A stretch of 64,000 nucleotides of DNA from Eledone cirrhosa (taxonomy: Eukaryota). Under the pieces are notes generated by a model. It was not told the origin of the DNA and made no database searches. It was given only the letters and a program-made list of their open reading frames with translations. Positions 11,808 through 23,790 of the stretch are shown here, piece after piece. The DNA lies in contig OZ024754.1 of NCBI GenBank assembly GCA_964016885.1, positions 8,928,001-8,992,000 on the forward strand, given 5' to 3'. The position numbers were made by a program, and so were the translations under genes. Each line of letters starts with the position of its first letter. Position 1 is the first letter of the stretch.

Positions 11808-12150
11808 GGAGGCACATGGCTTAGTGGTTAGAGCATTGGCCTTGCAATCGAAAGGTTGTGAGTTCAATTCTCAGACCGGGTGATGTGTTGTTTCCTTGAG
11901 CAAGACACTTTATTTCACATTGCTCCAGTTTACTCAGCTGTAGAAATGAGATGATAGGGACTGGGGTCCATATCATTCCACTGTAAAGTGGTCGTGGAGG
12001 TGCCACGGCAAAAAAGCACCCAGCACTCACTGTAAATGAGGTTGGTGTTAGGAAGGGCATCCAGCTGTAGAAATCAAGCCAGAATCAGTTCCCATCCCAC
12101 CCTTGCAAGCAGGGAAAAGCGGACGTAAAATGAAATGAAAAAATGAAATG
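11808..12150 (+). mobile_element. Full-length family-B SINE (tRNA head, CORE-like domain, RTE-derived tail); copies at 24342-24690 and 37884-38230
   Basis: ggcttagtggttagagc A-box and gagttcaattc B-box; tail matches the RTE 3' UTR at 34296-34480. Confidence 0.8.
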
Positions 12151-12199
<49 letters not shown>

Positions 12200-12831
12200 T
12201 ACTTTGGGAGGGTCATGTTGCCAATAAGAAACACACGCACCAGTTGCTTTCACTTCAATTTATTATAATAAATTTATAAATTTAGGAATTTATAAATTTC
12301 TGGTTGGTTGGTTGGTTCCACAACCAGATGGTTGTTTATATATTGTCAAAGTTCTTTCGTCACACATTATTGGCAACATGACCCTCCCAAAGTATAACAA
12401 TATCGGTTTCAACACACGATTTCAGATAAAGAATCTTGCTAAACAAATTCAGAAACGAAATATATATATATATATATATATATAAAGTAATAATTGTTTC
12501 TACGTTAGGCACAAGGCCAGCAATTACCCAGTGCATTACTGGTACTTTATTTTATCGACCCCGTAAGGATGAAAGGCAAAGTTAACCTCGGCGGGATTTG
12601 AACTCAGAATGGCAAGGGCCATAACTCTATGCGTCAAAGCATGGCGTCCGACCCTCTACCGATACTGCCAATCCACCGCCCTTATATATAAAGTAATAAT
12701 AATAGATGTGAAGACTAAAGTCCAAAGAGGGCTCGATAAGGATAAATATATATCAAATATGTAAGAACCATAGAAGATCCCGTTAAGGGTGAAAGCAGCG
12801 ATTCTTTGCTTAAAATTAATCTGCTATTTTA

Positions 12832-12863
<32 letters not shown>

Positions 12864-13014
12864 TTCCGTACAACCACACTCAGACCGAGCTGAAGATCAG
12901 CAAGGTGAAACATTTGTTCCCGGTATGGTGAACAAACTGTTGTGATACTACTTCTATATATATATATATAAATTATAAAAAATAAACCAAAGAAGCCTTC
13001 AATACATCAAAAGT

Positions 13015-13068
13015 CTTTATTAGCCAACAATGTTTTGTCCTATTAAGGACTCATCAGGACAAGTAAAG
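13015..13068 (-). ncRNA. Degenerate type I hammerhead motif (GAAA to AAAA)
   Basis: ctttacttgtc CTGATGA gtcct-taat-aggac AAAA cattg TT ggctaataaag. Confidence 0.6.
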
Positions 13069-13152
13069 CTACAAGAAGCACTATCGTGTACATGCATATA
13101 TATATATATACAATATATTAACAAATGGAAACTATATTTATAAAACCATATT

Positions 13153-13218
13153 TATTTCATTATACATATTTCAAGGACCACCAAAGCAAACTATGGTGCG
13201 CTTTCATCAGATAAAATA
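13153..13218 (-). ncRNA. Minimal type I hammerhead ribozyme; near-duplicate at 15626-15691
   Basis: tattttat CTGATGA aagcgcacca..tggtggtcctt GAAA tatgta TA atgaaata. Confidence 0.7.
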
Positions 13219-13288
13219 TAATATAGGTTAGTTTTATAAATAAATATTGACATACCCTTAAAAAATGCAACCATTCTGGTTGGAATCT

Positions 13289-13339
<51 letters not shown>

Positions 13340-13741
13340 TTACACATTGGGAGGGTCATCGAAGACCTCCTTCGGTCATGAATGATCATGCGATTTGCAA
13401 CCAGAAGGTCTCCCTCCAAGGCTCATCTGGGTAAAGTTGTTTGTGGAAGACCAGCAGTCGCCCATGTATACCAGTCTCCCGTCTTCACGCCACCGATGTT
13501 GTCCAATGGAAAGGCAATGGCCGATACAGCTTGACACCAGTGACGTCACAACTCATTTCTACAGCTGAGTAAACTGGTTTTGCTCAAGGACACAACGCCT
13601 CATCCGGTCCAAGAATCGAACTTACATTTCAATTGCAAGCCCAATGCTCTAACCACTAAGCCATGTGCCATGGGAGGGTCATGCCGCCAATAAAAAAAAC
13701 ACGCACACCGGTTTTCACTTTTATTTATTATAAATTTCCAT

Positions 13742-14062
13742 TTGGTTAGTTTCTCCAGCCGCAACCTGGTGCAGTCTGCGACTAACCCAAGTTCTGGTGC
13801 ACGTCGGGCTGAGGAGGCCAAACTCTTCAAATACCGGTGGCTCTCCGACAGGTTTGCGGTTGTACCCTTGGCAGTGGAGACTTCTGGTGTCCTCGGCCCT
13901 AGGGCTACCACCCTACTCACCACCATAGGCGCTGAGCTGGCCAGCCGCAGGTGTGAGCCTCGCGAGCTGGAATGTCTTTTCCAGCGCGTCTCCCTTGCCG
14001 TCCTCCGGGGAAACGCCTTCTCCATTCTGTCCACCGGGGCTATGTGGAGGCCACCAATATGA
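13742..14062 (+). mobile_element. CRE-clade-like non-LTR retrotransposon 3' fragment (RLE C-terminus)
   Basis: AEEAKLFKY..FAVVPLAVETSGVLG..FQRVSLAVLRGNA. Confidence 0.7.
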
Positions 14063-15090
14063 TTGACTGACTTGTCATTTTATCAGTCAGATGTTGATGG
14101 ATTGGAAAGTCACCTTTACTTTTCATATGGGTTGGTTAGTTTAATAACCGGATGATTGTTTATTTGTTTATTGTCAAAGCTCTTTCGTCACACATTCCGT
14201 GGCCTCCGCCAAAATGGCGTGGGACAGAACAAAGAAGGGACACAAGACAATAAATTAGTCACTGATGAACAACACATGACATTCTTTTTCTATCGACACT
14301 TTTCCATTTAGTGATATAGTGATTTACATGATCGAAGTATTAGTCATCATATCAATCAGAAGTGATTCAATATTCGTTAATACGTTTTCTCGACTCTATT
14401 GAATGTAATATTGTATTATTGGGATTGGCAGTATCGGTAGAGCGTCGGACACCATGCTATAGAGTTACGACCCTTTACGGTCTGAGTTCAAATCCCGCCG
14501 AGGTTAACTTTGCCTTTCATCCTTACAAGGTCGATAAAATAAAGTACCAGTAATGCACTGGGTAATTGCTGGCCTTGTGCCAAAAGTAGAAACAATTATT
14601 GGATTGACAGTATCGGCAGAGCGTCGGACACCATGATATGCAACATAGATACACGTCCCTTTACGGTCCGAGTTCAAATCCCGCCGATGTTAGCTTTACC
14701 TTTCATCATTACAAGGTATTTAACTAAAGTACCAGTAACAAACTGGGTCGATATAATCGACTTTCTCGTCTCCTGGTCTTGTGTCTATAGTAGAATTCAT
14801 CATTTTATTATCATCGCCTTCTAAAGAATTATTGAATGAAGAAGTTCGGAATCTCTTAAAAGCCAGCCTCAGTATAATTGTTTCTACTTTTGGCACAAGG
14901 CCAGCAATTACCCAGTACATTACTGGTACTTTATTTTATCGACCCCGTAAGGATGAAAGGCAAAGTTGACCTCGGCTGTATAACAAAATACGCACCACTA
15001 TATATATATATATATATATAAACAAGGTTTAGCAAATAATGAAAAAGTTTCAAAATAAATTTTAAAAAATTGACTTTACCTACTATAGTT

Positions 15091-15173
15091 ACCTTTACCG
15101 ATCGGTTTCGAATCCCAAAAATAAACGGAGACCATACGGCCTTCGTTGCAAAGAAAGATTCTCGTCAGAAGGT
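15091..15173 (-). ncRNA. Type I hammerhead ribozyme, intact core
   Basis: acctt CTGACGA gaatc...gattc GAAA ccgatcgg TA aaggt; stems I, II and III all pair; palindromic loop III. Confidence 0.8.
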
Positions 15174-15348
15174 TCTTTTCATTCGAAGAATATAAAATTC
15201 TTGAATATATATATATATATAACAAAGGAATTGTGGTAAGGAACCAGATGGACCATCACGCACCAGAGTACTCAATACTTAGGGTAGTAGATTGGGAAAT
15301 AGGAAAAAGTATATATATATATATCAATGATATATCATCATGGGATGA

Positions 15349-15418
15349 TATTTGTATCTGATGAGAACGCAAATATCATCCCATGATGATATTTGTTTGA
15401 AATGCGCATAATAAAATA
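15349..15418 (+). ncRNA. Minimal type I hammerhead ribozyme
   Basis: tatttgtat CTGATGA gaac-gcaaatatcatc-ccat-gatgatatttgt-tt GAAA tgcgca TA ataaaata. Confidence 0.75.
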
Positions 15419-15445
15419 CATGGAACTCTTTTAACCATCTTTTGA

Positions 15446-15476
<31 letters not shown>

Positions 15477-15625
15477 GAGGTTATATTTAATTTGTTGAGA
15501 TACAACAAGCTAAAAATATTTTTATAACTGATAAATTATTGGAGTAAATATACAAAAATTAACAAATTATTGGAGTAAATATACAATATATTAACAAATG
15601 GAAACTATATTTATAAAACCATATT

Positions 15626-15691
15626 TATTTTATTATACATATTTCAAGGGCCACCAAAGCAAACTATGGTGCGCTTTCATCAGATAAAATA
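15626..15691 (-). ncRNA. Minimal type I hammerhead ribozyme
   Basis: tattttat CTGATGA aag..ctt GAAA tatgta TA ataaaata; perfect 8-bp stem I. Confidence 0.7.
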
Positions 15692-15878
15692 TAATATAGG
15701 TTAGTTTTATAAATAAATATTGACATACCCTTAAAAAATGCAACCATTCTGGTTGGAATCTCCTATATATATATATTGTTACACATTGGGAGGGTCATCG
15801 AAGACCTCCTTCGGTCATGAATGATCATATGTATAAAATAAATATGGTTTTATAAATATAGTTTCCATTTGTTAATAT

Positions 15879-15924
<46 letters not shown>

Positions 15925-16432
15925 CATACGTCAAGACGGGCGGTCTCAAAAGTGAAACTAATTTTTGACAGTTACGTAGTGATTACTTTCACACACAATG
16001 TCATTATTTTTTTTAAAAACATACAATTGTGTACATGCATATATATATACATCTACAAATTCATAAAAATGTGTATGTATGCATAAAGATATATATACAT
16101 ACACACATATATATATACAGACACACAAACACATATATATACACACGAACACATATATACACACAAACATATATATACGTCTAAACCCATGCTTGCGTGG
16201 AAGATAGACGTTAAACGATGATGATGACACAAACATATATATATAAAAACACACATATATATATATATATATATACATACACACACACACATATATATAT
16301 ACACACATGTCAAAAATTAGTTTCACTTTTGAGACCGCCCGTCTTGACGTATGCCATATATATATATACCCACACATATATATATTATTCAAAATATTAA
16401 CAAATGAAGATATTCACATAATCAAAATATAT

Positions 16433-16495
16433 GCTTTATTATATATATTTCGAAGGTGTTTTTTGTTTTCCAGTACGTCCTCGTCAGATAAAATA
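16433..16495 (-). ncRNA. Minimal type I hammerhead ribozyme
   Basis: tattttat CTGACGA gga...ttc GAAA tatata TA ataaagc. Confidence 0.65.
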
Positions 16496-16682
16496 TATGA
16501 TTTGATATATGACATACCGCTACGGTCTTGATATTTCAATTCCAGTATTGGCAGTGATATATTTCATCAAATCTCAACATTTATATACCACAAATAATAT
16601 AAACTTTAAGAAGAAAAGGATGTGGAGCGAATTAGAGATATAAGAGAGTGTGTAAAGAAGAGGAGATATATATATATATATA

Positions 16683-16845
16683 TGATATCCCCGAAATATA
16701 TATAATGAAATAAATATGGTTTTATAAATATAGTTTTCCATTTATTTAATATTGTAAATATACTCCAAATATTTGTCGAGTGCTTTTATATCAGTTTATA
16801 AATATTTACTAGTTGTAACCCAACAATTTTAAATATAACTTTACA
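16683..16845 (+). mobile_element. Solo 3'-terminal fragment of the PLE at 50.8-56 kb, inserted in (TA)n
   Basis: Essentially identical to the reverse complement of ~50800-50960; begins inside HHR stem II. Confidence 0.75.
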
Positions 16846-17230
16846 TATATATATATATACGTATATATATAACGTTCTCTGTTTTTTTTATTTTGATGTA
16901 TATATTATATTTATTTACCCCATTTATTTACTACACCACATTTTTCATCTGTGTGATATTTTTGTAATGTTATTTATACAACCGGGAATAAAATAATTCT
17001 TACCCTAACCCTTATTATTCACTGCGAACCTGAACTGTTTCTTTTTCCTGTCTCACCATCTTCCATTCTTTCATCAATCTCTCGTCATTAATTTCCATCA
17101 ATTCCTGTCTCCTTTTCTATATTTTATATTTTCAAGGTATTTCAACAATTTTTATAATTTTTACTTTTCTTTCGTTAATTTATTCAGTTTTATATTTTAA
17201 ATATTTCTGAGTAATTTTCCGTCTAAATAT

Positions 17231-17265
<35 letters not shown>

Positions 17266-17266
<1 letters not shown>

Positions 17267-17740
17267 TCATCATCGTTTTACGTCCGGTTTTCCCTGCTTG
17301 CAAGGGTGGGACGGGTCCTATTAAGCATGGCATATCGCCATTCGTCACGGTCCTTTGTCAACTCCGTGAGCTTCAGCGCCCATGTTTTTCGTGGTCTTCC
17401 TTCTACTGGGAATGTTTGGCACTTCTTTACCCAGCTGTCATCCTCCATGCGCATCACGTGTCCAAACCATCGCAGTCTTCTCTTCCGCACACTACAGCCT
17501 ATCCCTCTTATACAAAGTTTCTCTCTCAACTCATCTATGCTTGGTCGTTCACGAACATGCTTGCTTCATTTCTCTCCAGCCGTCACATATCCTCCACAGT
17601 CGCTGCCCATGTCTCCACTACCATGCAGCATCGCGCATCTCACACAGACATCATATAACCGGCCTTTCGTACGCAAGGAGAAACCCTTCTTTGTCAACAG
17701 AGGAAGCAGCTCCATAAACTTCTTCCAATCCGTCCTTATT
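17266..17740 (-). mobile_element. RTE LINE 3' fragment, degraded
   Basis: RRLRWFGHVMRM..GRPRKTW; (ATG)n tail. Confidence 0.75.
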
Positions 17741-18904
17741 ATAGATACATATATATATATATATATGTAAATGAGACTATATACACACCTAAAACATTAT
17801 ATACATATATATATAAATGAGACTATATACATACCCAAAAGATTATATATATATGTATATTAATGAGACTACACATAACCTAAGATATATATATATATGA
17901 AAAGACTCAGGACATCGACGGCTGAGCTCCAGTTGTTTCAACCGTTAGATCTGGATGATCTAGTTGTCGAAACGGCCGGAGCTCAGCCGTCGATGTCCTG
18001 AGTCTTTTCATATTACCCACTCTACTACCCTAAGTATTGGTCCACCTAGTATCTTACCTCACCCTCTTTGTTATATATATGTGTGTATGTATATATAAAA
18101 ACAGCGATGAACTGGACTCCGCCTGGTGGTAAACGGAGGCGGGCTTGCCCAAGGATCACCTGGTGATGAATGTTCTGGAAGGACCCGATGGCAGTCAACA
18201 TCACCTGGCACGGTCTCGAAAAAGTTGCCGCTGATCTTGACCGTTGGCGAGTACTTACTGCTCGATGCGCCGAACGGCGCGGAAGAATCTAAGACTAAGA
18301 TATATATATATATATATATATTCTATACATAATAGACAATATATGACGCATCCACATCTGATATATACACTTGTAATATAAGAGTAGGTATAGGCTATAG
18401 CCGGTAAAACCGAAAGGGTCGCAACAGATATCGCTATAGTGTTTCACCAGCCCTTCCTCAATCATTCATAGATGTGTCTGTATGTAATAATTATTTTGTA
18501 TAATGTGTATTTAATAATATGTATGAGTAGATGTGTGTGTGTGTGTAATTCAGTAGATGTGTATGTAACTCAAATAACCTTCCCCCACCCTCGCTTTGGT
18601 CTCAAATAATCGTCACAACAAAAAGTACCCAGTCAACACTCTAAAGTGGTTATATAGTTGTCAACAAAAAGCACCCAGCAACACTATAAAGTTGTCCTGT
18701 AGGAGTCACGGTAAAAAGCACCCAGCATACACCGTAAATGTGGTTTGTGTTAGGAAGGACATCCGGCTGTGGAAAATAAGCCAGAAACAGTTCTGTGTGA
18801 GTAAGACATGGTCACCTGGCCTAGCATTGCCTTAAATGGGACAACCCAAGATAGCATGGAAAATGGCTGTTAAATGCAAAACGATGTATGTGTGTATGCA
18901 TATC

Positions 18905-20975
18905 ATCATCATCACCATCGTTTAACGTCTATCTTCCACACTAGCATGGGTTTAGACTGGAATTGTCCCACTTGAGGCAAGATTGGTCGGGTGACCGTGT
19001 CTCGCTCATATAGGACTGTCTGGAAGGTTTTCTACGGCTGGATGCCCTTCCTAACACCAACCACATTTACAGTGTGGACTGGGAGCTTTTACTGTGATAC
19101 CTACACGACCTCATTAGTTTGGACTGGGTGTTGTGGTACCAACATAACTTTACAGAGAAAGGGTGGTGTTGGGAGTGGGAGGATAGGGTAGGGATAGTGG
19201 ATTGGGGTGTATATTTGGTTAAGAGGTGCCTACTGACTGTAGGTTTCGCTTTGTACATAGGCAAGGCGGGTCTTCTGTATTACTGCATGGTGCCAAAGAT
19301 CTCGATCCAGTGACATTGTCTTAGAGAAGTGCAAGTGTGTAAGGTTGGAATTTATCAGATCGTCCCAGGTTTTTCTGGGTCTACCTACTCCGTAACTTCC
19401 ATCAATTTTGATCGCCCTGCACTTTTTTTATACAACTGTCGTCTTTCATGCGCATCATGTGACCATAGCAACGTAGTCTTCTCTCAAGTAAACAGCATCT
19501 GATCCCTCTTATTCCTAATTTCTCACTTAGTTCATTTATGTTTTGCCGTTCGCGTATATATTACACATCCAACGGAGCATGCATGCTTCATTCCTCTCCA
19601 GTCTGCGCAGGTCCTCTGCACACAATGCCCATGTCTCACTGCTGTCTCACTGCCATGTAACATTGCTGTTCATATACAGGCATCATACAATCTGCCTTTC
19701 ATTTTTAGAGAGAAACCTTTAGTGGTATAAGCTCTCTGAACTTTTCCCATCCTGTTCTGACTCAGGCTACTGTACTTTCAGAGCACCCTCGACCACTGCT
19801 GATTTTGTCACCCAGGTAACGGAAAGTGTCCACTATTTCTATAGAACCATCTAGGCAATATCCTGTGGACACTTGCTACTTATTGCACCTGAGCATTGGC
19901 CACATATAAAATCTACGTTCTTAGATAGTTTACCTGTGATCCCACTACATCTTTTATGTACCCATAGTTTGCATTTGGGACATAAAATGAAATTTCTTCC
20001 TACTCCTTTCCTACACACTGAGCATGGCCATTTCCCTGAGGGCACCTGTGCTCTATTTTCCTTTCTACAAACGAGAACTTTAGTCTTAGACAAGTTAACT
20101 TTAAGGCCTTTTGATTCTAGGCCATACTTCCATGTTTGGAATTTCTTCTCTAGTTCAGCCACCGATTCAGCTATGAGAGTTACATCATCCGCGTATAGAA
20201 GTTTCCATGGGCAGCTGGTCTTGAACTCCTCTATTATAGCCTGAAGGGCAATAACAAAAAGGAAGGGGCTAAGGACAGAACATTGATGAACACCAACTTT
20301 TATGCTAAATTCTTCACTATATTCATTGTTAATTCTAACCTTCCTGACTGTTTCTTTATACATGGCTTGTATAGCTCTCACAAGCCATTCATCTACACCT
20401 AGTTTTCTAAGAGCCCACCAGATAATGGTGCGGAGGATTCTGTCAAAGGTTTTCTCCAAGTCAACAAAAGCTAAATAAAGGGGTTTACTTTTAGCTAGGT
20501 ACTTCTCCTGGAGTTGCCGTACAAGGAAAAGAGCATCTGTGGTACTTTTACGTGACACAAACTCAAACTGCATTTCATCTAGATCAATTCGCTCTCTGAT
20601 TAGTTATGCTATAACTCTTTCTGTGATCTTTATGACCTGGTCAACTAAATTAATGCCTCTATAGTTTCCTCTATCTACAGCATCTCCTTTACCCTTGTAG
20701 CAGTTAATGATTATGCTACTATGCCAGTCATTTGGTATGACACCATTCTGTATTACTTGGTTTACTATCCGCGTGACCATAGTATGTCCCACCATTCCAG
20801 ATGCTTTCTGGCATCTCAGCAACTATCTCCAAAGGCCCAGCTGCTTTGCCTGTCTTCATAATCTTTGATTGCCTTACTTATTATACTACCATTAACTTGC
20901 ACCGCTGGTCCCTCTATTGGATCGATTTGGGGCATACTATCTTTTCCCCATTTATTCTCCTCATTTAGTAGTCTT
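18905..20975 (-). mobile_element. Older degraded RTE LINE (RT and PHD-like finger), 5'-truncated
   Basis: AFVDLEK, GVHQCSVLSP, LLYADD, CSVC..CPKC..H..C..CGQC; multiple frameshifts. Confidence 0.85.
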
Positions 20976-21591
20976 TCTCTATATATATGTATATATACAT
21001 ATATAGATATGTATATATTTGTATATATCATTATCAACATCTTAGACAATTGAAATAGAAACTGGTACAGGGTAGAGAGGGCTCTTAGATCCAGTAAAAC
21101 AACCCCTCTAGTGGCACAACTAATACACCCAGTCTTTGCTAGAAAGTGGTTGATGAGGGGAAGAGCATCCAACCAGAAAAGAAAAAAAACCTCCAAAATT
21201 ATCTCATACTGTTTCTTTCTTATTTCAGAATATCAGATGACATTGGGATATATTGATTTTTAATCTTGAATATATCACCTATATTTATCATCATTTCAAG
21301 ACTAAACTTTTCATACGGAACTGATATAACATTCTTTATATTAGAATTACTGTGAAAAAATGTTTCAGAACTGTATTTATTGGAAAAATTTTGTTTCCTC
21401 ACCAGCCAAAATATTTACAAGATGATTTTGAATCTTAACTAAAATTTGATCACAAAGAAGTTTGCATCATCTTCAGATCTTGACTGAGATCACAGTTGGG
21501 GGAAATATAGCAGAAGAAATATCTTCAGGAATATAATATATAAAATAATACAAGAATAACATCTGTAAACTCGGTCACGGGAAGAAGAAAC

Positions 21592-22950
21592 ATGGAAAAT
21601 AAATTGAGTGGGAAGATTAAATGTGAAACATTGTCTGAAGATATTATTAATCCAGAAGACATGCCAAACGATAGAGGAGAGAAGCCATATCACTGTGATA
21701 TCTGTCGTAAATCATTCACTCAAAGTAGCACCTTAACTACACACAAACGTATACATACAGGTGAGAAACCATATGACTGTGATATCTGTGGTAAATCATT
21801 CTCTCGAAGTAATCATTTATCTAGACACAAACATATACATACAGGAGAGAAGCCATATCACTGTGATATCTGTGGTAAATCATTCTCAGAAAGTAGTGCA
21901 TTAAATTCTCACATACGTACCCACACAGGAGACAAGCCATATCACTGTGATTTCTGTGGTAAATCATTCTTTGTAAGTAGTACCTTAACTAGACATATAT
22001 GTACCCATACAGGTGAGCAATCAAACCACTGCAATATCTGTGGTAAATCATTCTATCGAAGTAGTAACTTAACTAGACACAAACGTACACATACAGGAGA
22101 GAAGCCGTATCACTGTGATATCTGTGGTAAATCATTCTCAGAAAGTAGTGCATTAATTTCTCACATACGTACCCATACAGGTGAGAAACCATACCACTGT
22201 GACATCTGTGGTAAATCATTCTCTAAATCAGATACATTAACTATTCACAAACGTATACATACAGGAGACAAGCCATATCACTGTGATATCTGTGGTAAAT
22301 CTTTCTCAGTAAGTGGTACATTAACTTCTCACATACGTACCCATACAGGTGAGAAACCATTCCACTGTGACATTTGTGGTAAATCATTCCTTGTCAGTAG
22401 TCACGTAACTAGACACAAACGTATTCATACAGGAGACAAGCCATATCACTGTGATATCTGTGGTAAATCATTCTCAGACAGTGGTGCATTAAATTCTCAC
22501 ATACGTACCCATACAGGTGAGAAACCATACCACTGTGATATCTGTGGTAAATCATTCTCTAAATCGGGTGATTTAACTAGTCACAAACGTATACATACAG
22601 GAGAGAAGCCATACCACTGTGACATCTGTGGTAAATCATTCTCTAAATCGGGTGATTTAACTAGTCACAAACGTATACATACAGGAGAGAAGCCATACCA
22701 CTGTGACATCTGTGGTAAATCATTCTCTGTATCGTGTGCTTTAACTATTCACAAACGTATACATACAGGAGAGAAGCCATACCACTGTGACATCTGTGGT
22801 AAATCATTCTCTGTATCGTGTGGTTTAACTAGTCACAAACGTATACATACAGGAAAAAAGCCATATCACTGTGATATCTGTGGTATATCATTCTCTGTAT
22901 CAAGTAGGTTAACTAGACACAAATATACCCATACAGGTGAGAAACCATAA
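21592..22950 (+). CDS. C2H2 zinc-finger protein 1 (452 aa, 15 fingers)
   Basis: 15 x 28-aa [12 protein letters not shown]...HTGEKP; strong acceptor tttctttcttatttcag ending at 21228 upstream of the ATG. Confidence 0.92.
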   Translation: MENKLSGKIKCETLSEDIINPEDMPNDRGEKPYHCDICRKSFTQSSTLTTHKRIHTGEKPYDCDICGKSFSRSNHLSRHKHIHTGEKPYHCDICGKSFSESSALNSHIRTHTGDKPYHCDFCGKSFFVSSTLTRHICTHTGEQSNHCNICGKSFYRSSNLTRHKRTHTGEKPYHCDICGKSFSESSALISHIRTHTGEKPYHCDICGKSFSKSDTLTIHKRIHTGDKPYHCDICGKSFSVSGTLTSHIRTHTGEKPFHCDICGKSFLVSSHVTRHKRIHTGDKPYHCDICGKSFSDSGALNSHIRTHTGEKPYHCDICGKSFSKSGDLTSHKRIHTGEKPYHCDICGKSFSKSGDLTSHKRIHTGEKPYHCDICGKSFSVSCALTIHKRIHTGEKPYHCDICGKSFSVSCGLTSHKRIHTGKKPYHCDICGISFSVSSRLTRHKYTHTGEKP

Positions 22951-23790
22951 CAACATCATATCTCTTTATCTCAAAATGGTGAATTAATTAGACACAAATA
23001 CATTCATATCAGTGAGAAGCCATACTGTGATATTCAGGAGAAATTATTCTCTTTCATTGCTATATTAACTACACAAACATATTCATAAAGGAGAAAAGCC
23101 ATATCACTGTAATACTTGTGGTAAATCATTATCTATGGTGGATTGGCAGTATCGGTAGAGGGTCGGACGCCATGCTTTCCAGCATAGTTACGTCCCTTTA
23201 CGATCTGAGTTCAAATCCCGCCGAGGTTGACTTTGCCTTTCATCCTTACGGGGTCGATAAAATAAAGTGCCAGTAATGCACTGGGTAATTGCTGGCCTTG
23301 TGCCTAAAGTAGAAACAATTATCTATAAAAGCTAGATTAACTAGGATAAACATATACATACAGGAGAGAAACCATATCACTGTGATATCTGTGGGAAATC
23401 ATTCTCTGAAATTTGTCACTTCATAGACACTAACATTTACAGAAAAGCAACCATATCACTCTGGTGTCTGGAGTAAATCATTCTCTAATAATTGTTTCTG
23501 CTTTTAGCACAAGGCCATCAATTACCCAGTGCATTACTGATACTTTATTTTGTTAACCTCGGCAGAATTTGAAGAACTCAGATCATAAAGGGCCATAATA
23601 TTCTCTAATAATTGTGGCTTCATTACACACTGACATATTCAGGAGAGAACCATATCACTGTGATAAATCATTCTCTAAATGTTGTGGCTTCAGTAGACAC
23701 TGACATATACAGCAGAGGAACCACATCAGTGTGATGTCTGTGGTAAATGATTCTTTTGGACAGGTTACTTAATGCAAGACAATCAGACAA
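22951..23790 (+). pseudogene. Fossil zinc-finger repeats downstream of the stop (similar tails after ZNF2-4)
   Basis: Decayed ccatatcactgtgatatctgtgg..aaatcattctct units with indels. Confidence 0.75.
23137..23317 (+). mobile_element. Family-A SINE with 9-bp TSD, unit 1 only
   Basis: TSD attatctat at 23128-23136 and 23318-23326; empty site near 33303 in unit 2. Confidence 0.85.

Noticed and set aside
11808-11885. tRNA genes
   Set aside because: tRNA-like heads run directly into SINE bodies; no complete cloverleaf was confirmed
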